DNA of 64,000 bases from Eledone cirrhosa (taxonomy: Eukaryota): NCBI GenBank assembly GCA_964016885.1, contig OZ024758.1, forward strand, positions 2,728,001 to 2,792,000, in the 5' to 3' direction. The notes below the pieces were generated by a model that was not told where the DNA came from, did not search any database, and was given only the letters and a program-made list of their open reading frames with translations. The position numbers and the translations under genes were made by a program. Positions 12,568-25,272 of the stretch are shown one piece after another. Each line of letters opens with the position of its first letter. Position 1 is the stretch's first letter.

Positions 12568-12600
12568 TATCTATCTCTCTCTCTCTCTATATATATATAA
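12350..12600. repeat. Compound (TA)n/(TC)n microsatellite
   Basis: Directly visible. Confidence 0.95.
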
Positions 12601-13012
12601 ATATGACTTATCGTGAATCGCATTTCGGCCCACGAAATAACGAAAAACAACCTCCGAGATGTGTGACCCGAGCTATAACAAACGTTAAAGGCCAAACACA
12701 CTGAGACGATGGTTAAACAATCATCCGCACAGCCCCCCCCCCCCCCAAAAAAAAAACGATCAAGTAATTCGAGTCAAACAATAAAAATATGTGATTGAAA
12801 ATTTACCCTGACCCCTGGAAGGTTGGTAAAATCCAGCATTTGGGTTTCTGCGACTCCTAAATCAAGTACTGTCCGCTTACATATATATTTATATATATTA
12901 ACTTGACGTTACAATCCCCAAACTATATATTTACATACAAATACAAACATATTGATAACTATACATATATTTACATATACGTGTATGCATAAGCGTGTGT
13001 GTGTGTATGTGC

Positions 13013-13127
<115 letters not shown>

Positions 13128-14048
13128 GAATCACCTTGAATATGTACCATATCTACCGTTCCCCCTTTCGGTGTGGCAATGTTGAAATGTCCCAGTGAGA
13201 TGACTTAGGTTTGTGTTGCGGGTCTCATACCCATAAAACCACGTCTCCTCGGGTAACACGGTATTCATGCTGGCAGTATCTGGAAAAATTGAAAACACGA
13301 GGTATTAATTAATTATACAGAAACTCACAGGTACAGAGTGACTGATGCAGACTCACTAAACCCCATATAAATGTAGGCAGAACCACATATATATGTATAC
13401 ACGCCTGTATGTATATATATATATTATATATATGTGTGTGTGTAAGAACGAAACAGAAATAACAAAGCAATCGACAATAAAATGCAGAAATATATTAGTT
13501 TAACGCTTGAAATAGGAGGAAATAATCTTAACGTTTCCGATATATATGTATACACAGCTGTATATATAAATATACAACTCTGTGTGTGAGTGACCTCACG
13601 TGTGTGTGACCCTGTGTGAGACCTCACATGTGTGCTCATTTATTACATTCTATTTAAAATTACAACAGTTTATTGTTATATTATTCAACAGTTATAACAT
13701 ATAAAGGACAAAAATGGTACATTCACATAAAACAGTAAAACACGTAGTTTAAAAAAAAAATATATATATATATATATATAATAAAGATGAACGAGACATA
13801 ACCGACTTTCTTCCTCTGTTTTGATGTTATTGATTATAATTACATGAATACATTGCCTGAAACCTATTCCCACCCCACCCGGCTCCACCCTCCCCAGATT
13901 ATAGCAATATTGTTTTAATCATTTAATTTACGACAACCGCTTTACTATCTCCAAATTAAAGTAATTAAGCAGAACATGTCTCAAGATATGAAAGAAGTGA
14001 ATCAATACATTTTATTTGATTGTTCCCAAAACTAGTGGGTATCAGTAG

Positions 14049-14211
14049 AGATGTAGTGGTGTATATAAGATGGAGTGGTGTATATAAGATGGAGTGGTGT
14101 ATATAAGATGTAGTGGTGTATATAAGATGTAGTGGTGTATATAAGATGTAGTGGTGTATATAAGATGGAGTGGTGTATATAAGATGTAGTGGTGTATATA
14201 AGATGGAGTGG
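14049..14211. repeat. 19-bp minisatellite (agatg(t/g)agtggtgtatata), ~8.5 copies
   Basis: Direct tandem units with a single variable position. Confidence 0.95.
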
Positions 14212-14759
14212 ACACAGTGTATTAAGAGTTATTTATTTGTGATAGTTTGATTATTAATTTGATAGCGGGGTATTGACAGTAATTGCTAGAGCGCCGGGCA
14301 GCATAACGTTGTGTTACGTCCTTTTAGGTTCGGAGTTCAAATCCAGATTACCTTTGCCTTTCCAAACTGATGTGAGTCGGTGAGCCAAGTTATACATACA
14401 GGGTGTCCCAATATATATATATATATATATATATAAGTATGTGGTTGACGGCTGAGAGGAAGGAGTACTCAATACCGAAGCAGAGGTTTAATACTCAATA
14501 ACCCCCCCCCCCCGCACACACACTTATATATATATATAACTAGATATTTCTGAATGAGGTTCCAAATGATCAGTCTTTATTGACCACGTTATGTAATGGT
14601 TGTAGTGTAAGGGTGCCAAACCTTACTAAGCAACGTTAGTGTAAAGGCTGATTATTTGGGGCCCGTTTTAGAAATATTTGAAGGGGGCAGTCCTCCCTAA
14701 AAAGAAAAGAAAAAAAAACATGTTTACCTAAACTCACAGCGTAGTTAGTGTAATAACTT

Positions 14760-14945
14760 TTTATACTTTTGGTACAAGGCCACCAATTATCCCAGTGTAT
14801 TACTGGTACTTTATTTTATCGACCCCGTAAGGATGAAAGGCAAAGTTAACCTCGGCGGGATTTGAACTCGGATCATAAAAGGGGGTAACTCTATGCTGCA
14901 AAGCATAGCGTCCGACCCTCTACTGATACCGCCAATCCCCCGCCC
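14760..14945 (-). mobile_element. SINE family A (short-tail subfamily)
   Basis: Core, B box and head (ccgccaatccccgccc on the plus strand) all present. Confidence 0.85.
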
Positions 14946-15159
14946 GTTTGTGTAACACTATCTGTGTAACACAACTAGGGACTATGCTGAAAAATAAACC
15001 TCATTTGGTCATAAGAGTATCCTGGTCAGCCTGTCAACATTTCGGCTGACCCTCGTACAAAGGTATCGATACCATGTTTCATCTTTTCGTAGATATTATA
15101 AATGCTGATAAAGATGAGGCACCGCCATTACATTATCTTCATGGTTCAATATACTCTCA

Positions 15160-15353
15160 TAGACCTGACAACTTTCCCCGTCCGACGGGGAGATCTCCCA
15201 TCCTCTTTGGGGTGGGTGAGATATGTCTTCTCTAGTGAAAATGGGTATAGCTTTCATTATGTAAAATCTCCCTATTTTGCCTAATTTCTACCCATTTTGG
15301 GGCACATTTTTCCTGGTACTCCTCGTCTGGGGTTTTAGAGGTTGGCAGGTCTG
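15160..15353. mobile_element. ~190-bp MITE with CAGACCTG terminal inverted repeats
   Basis: Reads agacctgacaac ... gttggcaggtctg; homologous to 4434-4622. Confidence 0.8.
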
Positions 15354-15834
15354 TTCTTGTGTCAGAGTTCAGAAACGTAAATGAAGACTACACTCAGTAT
15401 TTCCAAAAAAGAAAGTTTCCGTGAAATCTCGACATAATTGGATTAACAAACAAATCTTTCTTATATATAATACCACCCTAGCATCTTAAGATTGGAAAAA
15501 TTAACCCTCTCCTCCCCAAGACAGAATGTTCACACGGCTGGTGCACCTTTGTGAGACTAATCGACTGTGGATGACATTTGGCTACACTTAAAAAATAAAT
15601 GAAGAACAACAGTAATTACAAGTTTCCTCAATTACATAATGTTTCGCTGCACACCATGATACCTGTTTACGATTACATAATATGCTCTGTTAAACATTAA
15701 GCATTTTAATCAGAGATTAATTGCAGCCCCGGGGGCGTTTTATGGACTGGCCAATCATAGCCTTCTTCCAACAATAATATGCACCCTCCCATTCTTCATT
15801 GATAGTTTATTTTAACAATTTCTAAACGTTGAAA

Positions 15835-16220
15835 GCGGCGACGAATTGGAAGTCGTTAGAACGTTGGATAGAATGTTTTATGGTATTCCTCCCGTCTCTC
15901 TGATCTCTGAGTTCAAATCCCGCTGATATCAACTTTACCTTTCATCCTTTCGAGGTCGAGAAAAAATGTACCAGTCTAGTACTTGGTTCGATTCCCTTTC
16001 TATATCTCTTTCTAAGTTACCTGTCTGTCTGTCTGTCTGTCTGTCTAGTACTAGGATCAATTCTTCCTCTATCTTTTACTATTTTTCGTCTCACACTTTT
16101 TAACTTTATCTGAAAGGAATCTGCCTGGAGAGGGATTGACTCCAAAAGGGCCAAGAAACGCCGTATGTCAATACGGCACCCTTACGACTCTATCAAGATT
16201 TACGGGGCTATACATACTTC
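15835..16220 (+). mobile_element. SINE family A variant with a long alternative tail
   Basis: Head gcggcgacgaattggaagtcgttag, B box gagttcaaatccc, core acctttcatcctttcgaggtcgag, and a tail shared with 10875-11100 and ~16400-16545. Confidence 0.75.
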
Positions 16221-17464
16221 CTTTTTTCATGGATAGTTTATTTTAACAATTGCTAAACGTTGAAAGAAGCGGTGAATAAGAAATCTTTAGAAATTGGTTA
16301 AAATGCTTGATGAGTATACTTTCAAGCTCTATGTTCTTAGAGATCAAACTCCACCATGATCAGCTTTGGCTTTCCTTCTTTCGAGTTCAATAAATAATTG
16401 CCCCTAGTTCTGGACGGGTACATTCTTTCTCCATCGCTCACTCTTTCCCTCTTTTCTCGGGAAGAAATCAGCAGCCGTCAAACTTGACACGCTATTTCTC
16501 ACTAGAGCGCCCCCTACAACTCTATCAGGAGTTAAGGGCTCATGATATGGTGTGGCAGAACTTGAAAGACAAATTTGAATCCGGTGGAATTTGAAACCAG
16601 TAAGTAAGAAAGCTAAATAGCTCAAGGTTTACCGATAACTTGCCTTATTCCTGTATAATTGGTGAAAGAATAGTTTTGCGCAGTTTTGTGTCAAATAACG
16701 ACACAACGATATTTTATCTATTAATTTAGAAAAGCGTCAGCTATTTAGATGTACGAGGGGTTATGAAGAGAGGTGTCCGCGTATATAAATTGAAATGGTG
16801 TAAACTGGAATCGAAACAAATTAAGATTCGATGCTCATAATACGTTTCGTTTACAATCATGAAATAAAAACCAAAAGGAAAAAAATACTTAAATTGGTAC
16901 AACGTTACAAAGAGCGAATTGGAAGTTTAATCATCATGTTATTTTAATTAGAAGCAGAGAAAAATGTCCGTCACCAAGTAACATAAAAGAAAATAACTCA
17001 TATATGAAAAGAAAAGTGAATTTCATTGATTTGTTTTTAAACAAAGGATAATATAAGACCATAATTTGACATTTAAATGGAGATTATTTGCATAATACCA
17101 ATAAAAACAGATTAAAATGTTATCTTATCGATTATTTGCCTTTTCTGAAGATACATTTTTTTTTCAATTTGAATTTTCTTTAAGATTTTATTAATTAAAA
17201 ATTATAAGACCTTGTGTGAAATGTTAAAAAGGAACACGACTCTTTATTAAACTTCAAGTAAGAATTAAGTTATATAGTCATTTGTTACGTATAACAACCA
17301 TTCTAAGAGAATTACATAAACATGGTGGTCACTAGCGATCTCAGTAGATTATTGCTACAAACGCTGAACTGTGGTAAAAGTCCACTTTCTTAAAGTGGAA
17401 TATGGGATAAAGGTTCGATACTTCGAATATGTATATACTTATATTATTATTTATATATAAATAA

Positions 17465-17880
17465 ATAATGATTTCTACTATAAGCACAAGGCCAGCAATT
17501 TTGGGGGAGGGGGGAAAGTCGATTAAATCGACCCCAGTGCGTGACAGGTAAATTATTTTATCGACCCTGTGAGGATGAAAGGCAAAGTTAACCTTGGCGG
17601 GATTTGAACTCAGATCATAAAGGGCCGTAATCTATGCAGCAAAGCATAGCGTCCGACTCTACCGATACTGCCAATCCACCGCCCCCCTCTCTCTCTATAT
17701 ATATATACGAATAATAAATAATAATTACCACTATAAGCACAAGGCCAACAATTTTGGGCGGGGAGAGTCGATCAAATCGACCCAGTGCATTACTGGTATT
17801 TTATTTTATTGGCCGGATTTGAGCTCAGAACATAAAGCGCCATAACTCTATGCTGAAAAACACGGTGTCCGACGCTCTAC
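17465..17880 (-). mobile_element. Two tandem SINE family A copies
   Basis: Full copy at 17465-17685 and an internally deleted copy at 17715-17880. Confidence 0.85.
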
Positions 17881-18734
17881 CTATATATATAATAAATAAT
17901 ATAGAAACCATTATTATTTTTATATATATCACAACGGGGGAAAAGTAGCGTCGTCATTTAAACTTCTCATTGCACCAGCCACTGACTCTGCAAAATATAT
18001 TTAGCACTACATTCCTCAATCGTTCTCAAAAAGTAAGATCTGAACTATCTCTACCCCCAAACCTTTGACACCCTTCTTCCTCGCGACATATAGATTTATC
18101 TAAACTGTACGACGTTTACCCTCACAGGTCACCATGTATTTTGTATTGTTCTTGTATCGTATTTATCAACTGTCAGTCTAACGGGGGATCATCCCTATGG
18201 AAATCTGAGCTCATCTTACCGTATCGTCATATAGTTTAACTATGCTCTACTTCCCACGTCTATTTAAAGGGCAGTGAATATGACCCCGTTGAGCGTCTTG
18301 GTCAGAACGGCAACACAATGACACAAATATGTGGAACTTTGATCAGTAAAGTGATATTTTCTCAATACAGCAGACTAATATTTTCGATAGAAATAGATCG
18401 TTAATTAGAACGACCAATAAAAGGCTTGTCTATTTACCACCGAATACTATTTATATTACTTCAGATATTTCACCGAGACTTGATATATGAAGGAGTGGTA
18501 CATACGAAGCGGGAATCAATGAATTAAGTTTGCAGTAAACTATTTCGACTGCGATTGTCAAAATATAAATGAATTTACATCCATAGCAGTTCGTAGGAGA
18601 ATTTTTTGCTATTCACAGAAAATATATTTAGATGAAACACTGGAATCTTATGCTAATATAATTTCGGTGTATGCGTAGATAATTTAAATTCCCCTCTCTC
18701 CGATTCGTGAAATGTCTCTCACTATACGCATATT

Positions 18735-19050
18735 CACACATACACATAGACACCCCTCCCCCCACATACATACATACAGGCACACACATACGTACACACG
18801 CCCACACTCAAACACACATACACGCACACACACACACACAAACGCACATAGACGCCCATACACCCACAGACAAACGCATACACGCAAATACACACACTCA
18901 CATAGACACATACAGCCACACGCAAACACACACAGGCACACTCACACACATACTGACACACACACACTGATACAAATGCCTCCACACAAACACAAAAACT
19001 TGCCCACACGTATATCCCCCATATACATATACAGTACACATATAATGCAT
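18735..19050. repeat. Degenerate (CA)n tract
   Basis: Directly visible. Confidence 0.9.
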
Positions 19051-19315
19051 ATATGTCTGTACTTATGTAAATGTGTGGCTAAGATGAAGAGCATGTGTGT
19101 CTTAAGTACATACCAAGTACAGAATCCCTATTAAAATGGCTGACGAGAAGTCTGTCTTCAGTATTTTGTATCTAATTTCAGCGACAAACATCTATCACCC
19201 CAAACAACAGTGTGTCCCTCGCAATAGGTTAGTCTGCCCATGCTCTAGCTGGAATTCGTGCTCCTTTCGTATCATTAGGGGACACGCTGTCAACGCCAGT
19301 ATTATCTATATCATT

Positions 19316-19945
19316 GCGGTGGATTGGCAGAATCGGTAGAGCGTCAGACACCTTTCTTTGCAGCATAGTTATGGCTCTTTACGTTCTGAGTTCAAATTCC
19401 GCCGAGGTTAGCTTTACCTTTCATCCTTACGGGGTCGATAAATAAAGTACCCGTAATACACTTGGATCGATTTAATCAATTTTTCACAGTCCTTCAAATT
19501 ACTAGTCTTGTGCCTAAAGTAGAAACAATTATTAGATTGAATGGCAGAATCAGTAGAGCGTCGGGCAACATGCTTTGTAGCTTAGTTATGGCCCTTTATA
19601 TTTTGAGTTCAAATCCCGCCGAGGTTAGCTTTGCATTTCATCCTTACAGGGTCGATAAAAGTACCAGTAATGTACTGGGATAATTGCTCGCCTTGTGCCA
19701 AAAGTAGAAATATTATTATGAGGTGGCGGATTGGCAGTATAGGTTGGAGGTTAGACGCCATACTTTTGCAGCATAGTTATAACCCTTTACGTTCTATGTT
19801 CAAATCTGGCCAAGGTTAGCTTTGCCTTTCATCCTTAGTGTCGATAAAATAAATTACCAGTAATGTACTGTGGTAGGTTTAATTGACTTCCCTCCCCTCC
19901 ATATTTGTTGGCCTAGTGCCTAAATCCGAATCCATTAGAAACAAT
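19316..19945 (+). mobile_element. Three head-to-tail SINE family A copies
   Basis: Heads near 19316, 19535 and 19720, each with gttcaaat, ttcatcctta and a tail ending in agaaa. Confidence 0.9.
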
Positions 19946-20137
19946 TAATAAACTACATCATCATCATCCGTCATGTGAGGTCATCAGTTCAAATGTCTGC
20001 AACGTTTTTCAAAAAGTATGGAACATTCTTCTTCTCCTTAGACTAAATTATAAAAGACTACAGTAAAATGGTATAACTAAAATAACTTGAATATGCGTAA
20101 TTACGTGTAGATGTGTATGGTTACAGGTGTGTATGTG

Positions 20138-20183
<46 letters not shown>

Positions 20184-21821
20184 ACAGTGAATATATAAAT
20201 ACATAAGCAAATATACCAAAGCATACATAGAAAAGAATTACCTATATGTCTAACTGTACACATATACACACATATATACACGATATTGATGTGTTCATAT
20301 ATATACTAATACACAGGAACGTGAGTATATAGAACAGACGAACTTTACATACAGTATTATACACACATATAATACAATTCAGTGTTTAAGCTACATAACA
20401 TTTAAAAAAAATCCAGTTTTCATTACTCTTTTATTCATTTCTCATGCAGCCTGCACCGAACAAGCAGCTAATCTTGTTCGAAAATTTGTTAGTTTCCTTC
20501 AGAATTTTCTCCATATATGAACCTATTGTTCCGAAATGTATTATTACAAAAGTTTATATTTTTCTAATTTTGTTTCATCTCAGAAAGATAAATTTCAAGT
20601 AAATTCAATACATAAAAATTCTTAACATTAAATCTTAGACTAACTACAATTTTCAGGAATTCATAAATTCTTTCTATATGTCAATGTAGCAGCCTAGTAT
20701 CAGATTCTTCGTTGATGCAAGTTATTTTTTATTACACCAATAACGCTATTGGGAAAGACACCACCCCTTACTCTAGTATAGAAGAACTGCCTGGAACTTT
20801 ATTTGACCGCAGCTATTGCGCACGCACACGCGCCTGATAGAGTATTTCAGTTGTACGCAGACGGTAAACAGTCGTCCCTCTCCGACACAATTTTTTCCCC
20901 TCGAAAAACCCCCAGCTGATGGATGCGAAATCCGAAATATAGGGACTATTAAATCACTCTGCTTCAGGATAGAGAGCTGCCGCCCTTTTAGTTCTGAGTT
21001 CAAATCCCGCCGAGGTTATCTTTCCCTTTCATCAATATGGGGTCCATAAAATAAAGTACCTTCTTTTCCTCCAAGTTGCTGGTCTTCTGCCAAATGTAAA
21101 AACAATTATTATAAAACTCTCTCACTATTAATATCTATCATACTTGGAGCAAATCAAGTAAATATATAAGTAAAAGTAACGTTAGTTACTTCTACTTATA
21201 TATATATTTATTTATATATATATTTATATATATACAATCTCAAACGGGGAGTACCATGAGAAATGAGGCAAAATGGGGAGATTTTATTTGAAGCCAATAA
21301 CTAATATAATTTTACTTATTCCTGTAAATACGGGAGACAACTCTAGAGATATTTCTGTATTACGAGACTACCATAGATGTATAGATTTCAATGTTACATG
21401 GCAGAATATTAATAGCAGATTCGGAAAATAATATATGAGATTTTCCATTGAAATGTTTCAGACGCCATTTTATACTATAATATTAAGCTTAATATGAGTC
21501 TAACTATATATTATATTGAAGTAAAAAATATGTATCTATATAATAGAAGAATTGAACATACGATGTATCTCTGTTTGCGTGATCTTAGAATTTAGAGAAC
21601 GCTGTCTATTGTGTTGGAAAAGGGTTTCAACTAATCTACACTTAAACAGCAGCCATGTTGTCTAAAATAACTTCCACTACATTTCTTTGAATAGAATACT
21701 GTATAACAAAGACAATACATTTTAACCCTTACATAAGATATTTCACACACACTCTCACACATATATACATACATACACACTCACACTCTCACACACAAAC
21801 ACGCGCAAACATATATAACAC

Positions 21822-21877
<56 letters not shown>

Positions 21878-21907
21878 ATTATGTAATAAACAACATAAGG
21901 CAATTAT

Positions 21908-21965
21908 TCCATTTACCAGTGGTTTCTTAAAAGCAAAAGGTTTTGCTTTCAATCCTCAGAATGAA
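21908..21965 (-). ncRNA. Type I hammerhead ribozyme motif (mirror copy of 22038-22095)
   Basis: Exact reverse complement, in the left arm. Confidence 0.75.
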
Positions 21966-22037
21966 AAATCCTGGTTTGTTTATTGAATATGGATTCTAAA
22001 AATTTAGAATCCATATTCAATAAACAAACCAGGATTT

Positions 22038-22095
22038 TTCATTCTGAGGATTGAAAGCAAAACCTTTTGCTTTTAAGAAACCACTGGTAAATGGA
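22038..22095 (+). ncRNA. Minimal type I hammerhead ribozyme motif
   Basis: Stem I UUCAUU/AAUGGA; CUGAGGA 22044-50; 11-bp stem II UUGAAAGCAAA/UUUGCUUUUAA; GAAA 22077-80; stem III ACCA-C-UGGU; GUA triplet, predicted cut after 22089. Confidence 0.8.
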
Positions 22096-22316
22096 ATAAT
22101 TGCCTTATGTTGTTTATTACATAATAATAATAATTAAGCTCTGTTGCTTACATAGAGCACTCTTTTTTCCTGGACTTTTCCGATGGAATTACTTCATTTA
22201 CACACATATATATATATATATATATACTGAGTGCGAGTGCTTCGTGTAAACCTACATCGTGTGTTGGCCACCGCCATAAATTCGGTTTTACTAACCTGCA
22301 CTTGTATGTATGTATG

Positions 22317-22347
<31 letters not shown>

Positions 22348-22953
22348 GGTCAGGTCACCAGTTGGTGCTACTGGTAACATGTATCCCAGTACAACCGGTT
22401 TCATGGTCGGGTCGTTGGCGACTAAACTGGCAACCCCACCAAGGTTTATTGGTGAGGAGGGTGACTTGGGACATCCTGCAGGACTAAAAACAAAACCTGT
22501 CAAAGAGCAAAGGAGCTCTTAAGAGTCAATAGCCATCCAAAATCACCGGGAGAGATGACTCCTTAGCCTATGTCAAGGCAGAATTCTAGGAGAAGGAAAA
22601 CTCTGATATAACACCTGCAACTCTGATGGTATCCAATGATGTTGACTTGTTCTTCTTTTTGGTAAATATCATCTTGGTTAAGAGAGTGGGACTGGCTTTG
22701 TGCAGTGCCTTTGCTCACTATAAAAGCTTCACGGCACATGCATTGCTTTATATCTGGAGATCGCTCTGCACTTGTCGTCACCTGGTACCATGGGCCCAGC
22801 ATTGTGTCAATAATTGTCACAAGTGTAGTGTTTGTACCAGAGTTTTCAAGTCGCTGGCTGGACTAAAATGTCACATTCGTTCAGCGCATCGGTAGGGGTT
22901 CTCCTACATGGATACAAAGTACTGGCCGTACTCGAAAACGAGTTGGCAGCCAC
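22348..22953 (+). mobile_element. Non-autonomous, internally deleted RTE-like LINE derivative (~600 bp) inserted in (TA)n
   Basis: Second copy at 62270-62854. The 3' part encodes a C2H2-like finger HKCSVCTRVFKSLAGLKCHIRSAHR* followed by a hairpin actcgaaaacgagt. No RT present. Confidence 0.65.
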
Positions 22954-24427
22954 TATATATATATATATATATATATTGTTTCATCGGTCCGATTTGACGA
23001 ATGTCGATATATATATATATATATATATATATGCAGATATATTGTTTACAAGACATAAACAAAGTTTGACGCTCATATGCATGCACAAACGACCGTGTAA
23101 CAAAGGACCCGCTCACACAGAAAAACAAATCTTGGAGCAGACACAGACGCACACGCACACATACACACACGCACATATAAACATACGCACATGTACATAG
23201 AGACACATGTAACAGCGAACATGTTAAAAAAGATGTACATAAACACATATATTATTGACCGTATTGGAAACCAGACAGTCTTATTACATGCGACCCACAT
23301 GGCATAGACATAAATAACAACATTAATACAAGAATGGTATTGAAACCTCTATCTGGTCGGTAAAACTGCTTGAAATATCAACCAGATCCTCTCACATCAC
23401 ATCCTCCACTGTTAAACAAAAATACACTCGTATTATAAAACTGAAAACTGAGAGTTGACAGGTTTGTTAAAAGCTTTTTAGAGTTTTAAATCATCGCATT
23501 ACTGGAGGGACAATTGCTTAAACAAGCAACTAGGATTAACTCAATCCCATTGCTGCAGTAGGGCTTGATGAACACGACTACAAATATGTGGTCTGAACCT
23601 GGAAGAGCCGAACTACCATTGTCATCACATCCATCTCTCCGTATGGTGAGCAAATAGTGTCTCACGTGCTGGCCTCCCCACAGCCCCGGCGGACAGAATG
23701 GAGAGACGTTTCCGAGGTGGAGGATAAGAGAGATGCGCATTACTTATGCTGAGATATTTTGTGCCTTATATAAGAAAGTTGCTAGAATCTTGTTGAATAT
23801 CGATAAATATCTGAACAAGAAATCCAATATAGATATCGGTTCACTTTGATATACTAAATATCCTTATTCGCATTTTCGTTTAAAATTCGTAGATATAAAT
23901 AGAATATGTATTACGATAGGTTTACAATTGTTAACATATGATTCTTATAATTTTAATATAATAGGTTTCATATTTCAATATATGTATTTAAAAATGATTC
24001 GTCATTACAATTCTTTTAAGTATTTCTGTACCTAATCTCAGGCAGGTTATAAAGTACATGTTTTGTTTAGCAGGCTCTTCCACTGCCGTTGAAAGAGTAT
24101 CTCAACATTGAATAGCACATCTGGTATCAAGAAAAACTTTAATGAATGAATCATACAACATTAACTTGAGTTTCAGTGAGTTCTTAAAAAAGAATTATAA
24201 AGATTTTTGAAAAAAAAAAAAATTTATTCAATTGAAAGATATGCATGATCGAAAAAAGTGTTCAGAGAAGATTTAATGAAATGTTGCCGTTCCATATCTT
24301 GCTGAATTAAAATAAATGTTAGAGTTATAAAGTATTAGAATTCGTATTTATTTTAATGTTAGCAATATAAATTAAGGAATCTTAGTTTATAGAAGCAATT
24401 ATTTAATACACAAACACCAGTAACAAT

Positions 24428-24825
24428 ATTTGTTTCTGGTTTAGGTACAAAGCTAATACATTATTTATCGACCCCGTAAGGATGAAAGGCAAAGTTATCC
24501 TCGGCGGGATTTGAACTCAGAACAGAAAGTAAAGGGCCGTTATTCAATGCTAAAAGGCCTGCTGTCTGACTCTCTACTGATCCTGCTAATTCACCGCCCT
24601 CCAGTAACAATAAATAAATGGTTTCTGGTTTAGGCACAAGGCCAACAATCTTTTGGAGAAGGCAAAGTCGGATTAAATCTAATCCAGTGCATTACTGGCA
24701 CTTAAGGATAAGAGGCAAAGCTAACCTCGGCAGGATTTGGACTCAGAAAGTAAAGGGCTGTTATTCAATGCTACAAAGCCTGTTGGCCGACGCTCCACTG
24801 GTAGCTCTATCGATAGCTCACCTTA
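24428..24825 (-). mobile_element. Two tandem SINE family A copies
   Basis: Each starts tttctggtttagg(t/c)acaa on the plus strand and contains cctcggc(g/a)ggatttg(a/g)actcagaa. Confidence 0.8.
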
Positions 24826-25042
24826 TACAAATGACCAGCTCTAAATTTCATCCCTGCCAATTATTATATGTCAATTCTGGCAATATATTGATATATCCTA
24901 CGATATATCAATATATTACCAGAATTAACATATAATTATCTCTCTCCTTCTTTCTCCATCATTCTCCCCTCCTCACTTTCTTTTTCTTATTCTCAATAAA
25001 TAAAATTTCATCGTGTATTATACATAATTTAAACACACACAC

Positions 25043-25083
<41 letters not shown>

Positions 25084-25087
25084 CACA

Positions 25088-25180
25088 ATATTTGCTCTAG
25101 GGTTTCTTATATATTTGATATATATTTATCCTTATCGAATGCTCTTTGGATTTTAGTCTTCACATTTATTATTACTATAA
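25088..25180. repeat. ~95-bp dispersed repeat, second copy at ~28816-28905
   Basis: aatatttgctcta...cttatatatttgatatatatttatccttatcga...ctctttggattttagt...catatttattatt in both places. Confidence 0.8.
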
Positions 25181-25222
25181 TATATATATATATATATATA
25201 TATTAATGTGTGTGCGTGTCTT

Positions 25223-25272
<50 letters not shown>

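Larger units (their letters stand above)
21871..22132. repeat. Perfect 262-bp palindrome (130-bp arms, AA spacer at 22001-22002); probable Penelope-like inverted pLTR remnant
   Basis: Centre reads ggattctaaa-aa-tttagaatcc. Arms match out to tattattattatgt/acataataataata, and the left end abuts (TA)n. Confidence 0.95.

Noticed and set aside
22626-22895. C2H2 zinc-finger gene
   Set aside because: A single finger at the 3' end of a repeated retroelement; the second copy is mutated and frameshifted.
23486-23740. GC-richer unique segment with ORFs on both strands
   Set aside because: No recognisable domain and no consistent pair of splice sites.
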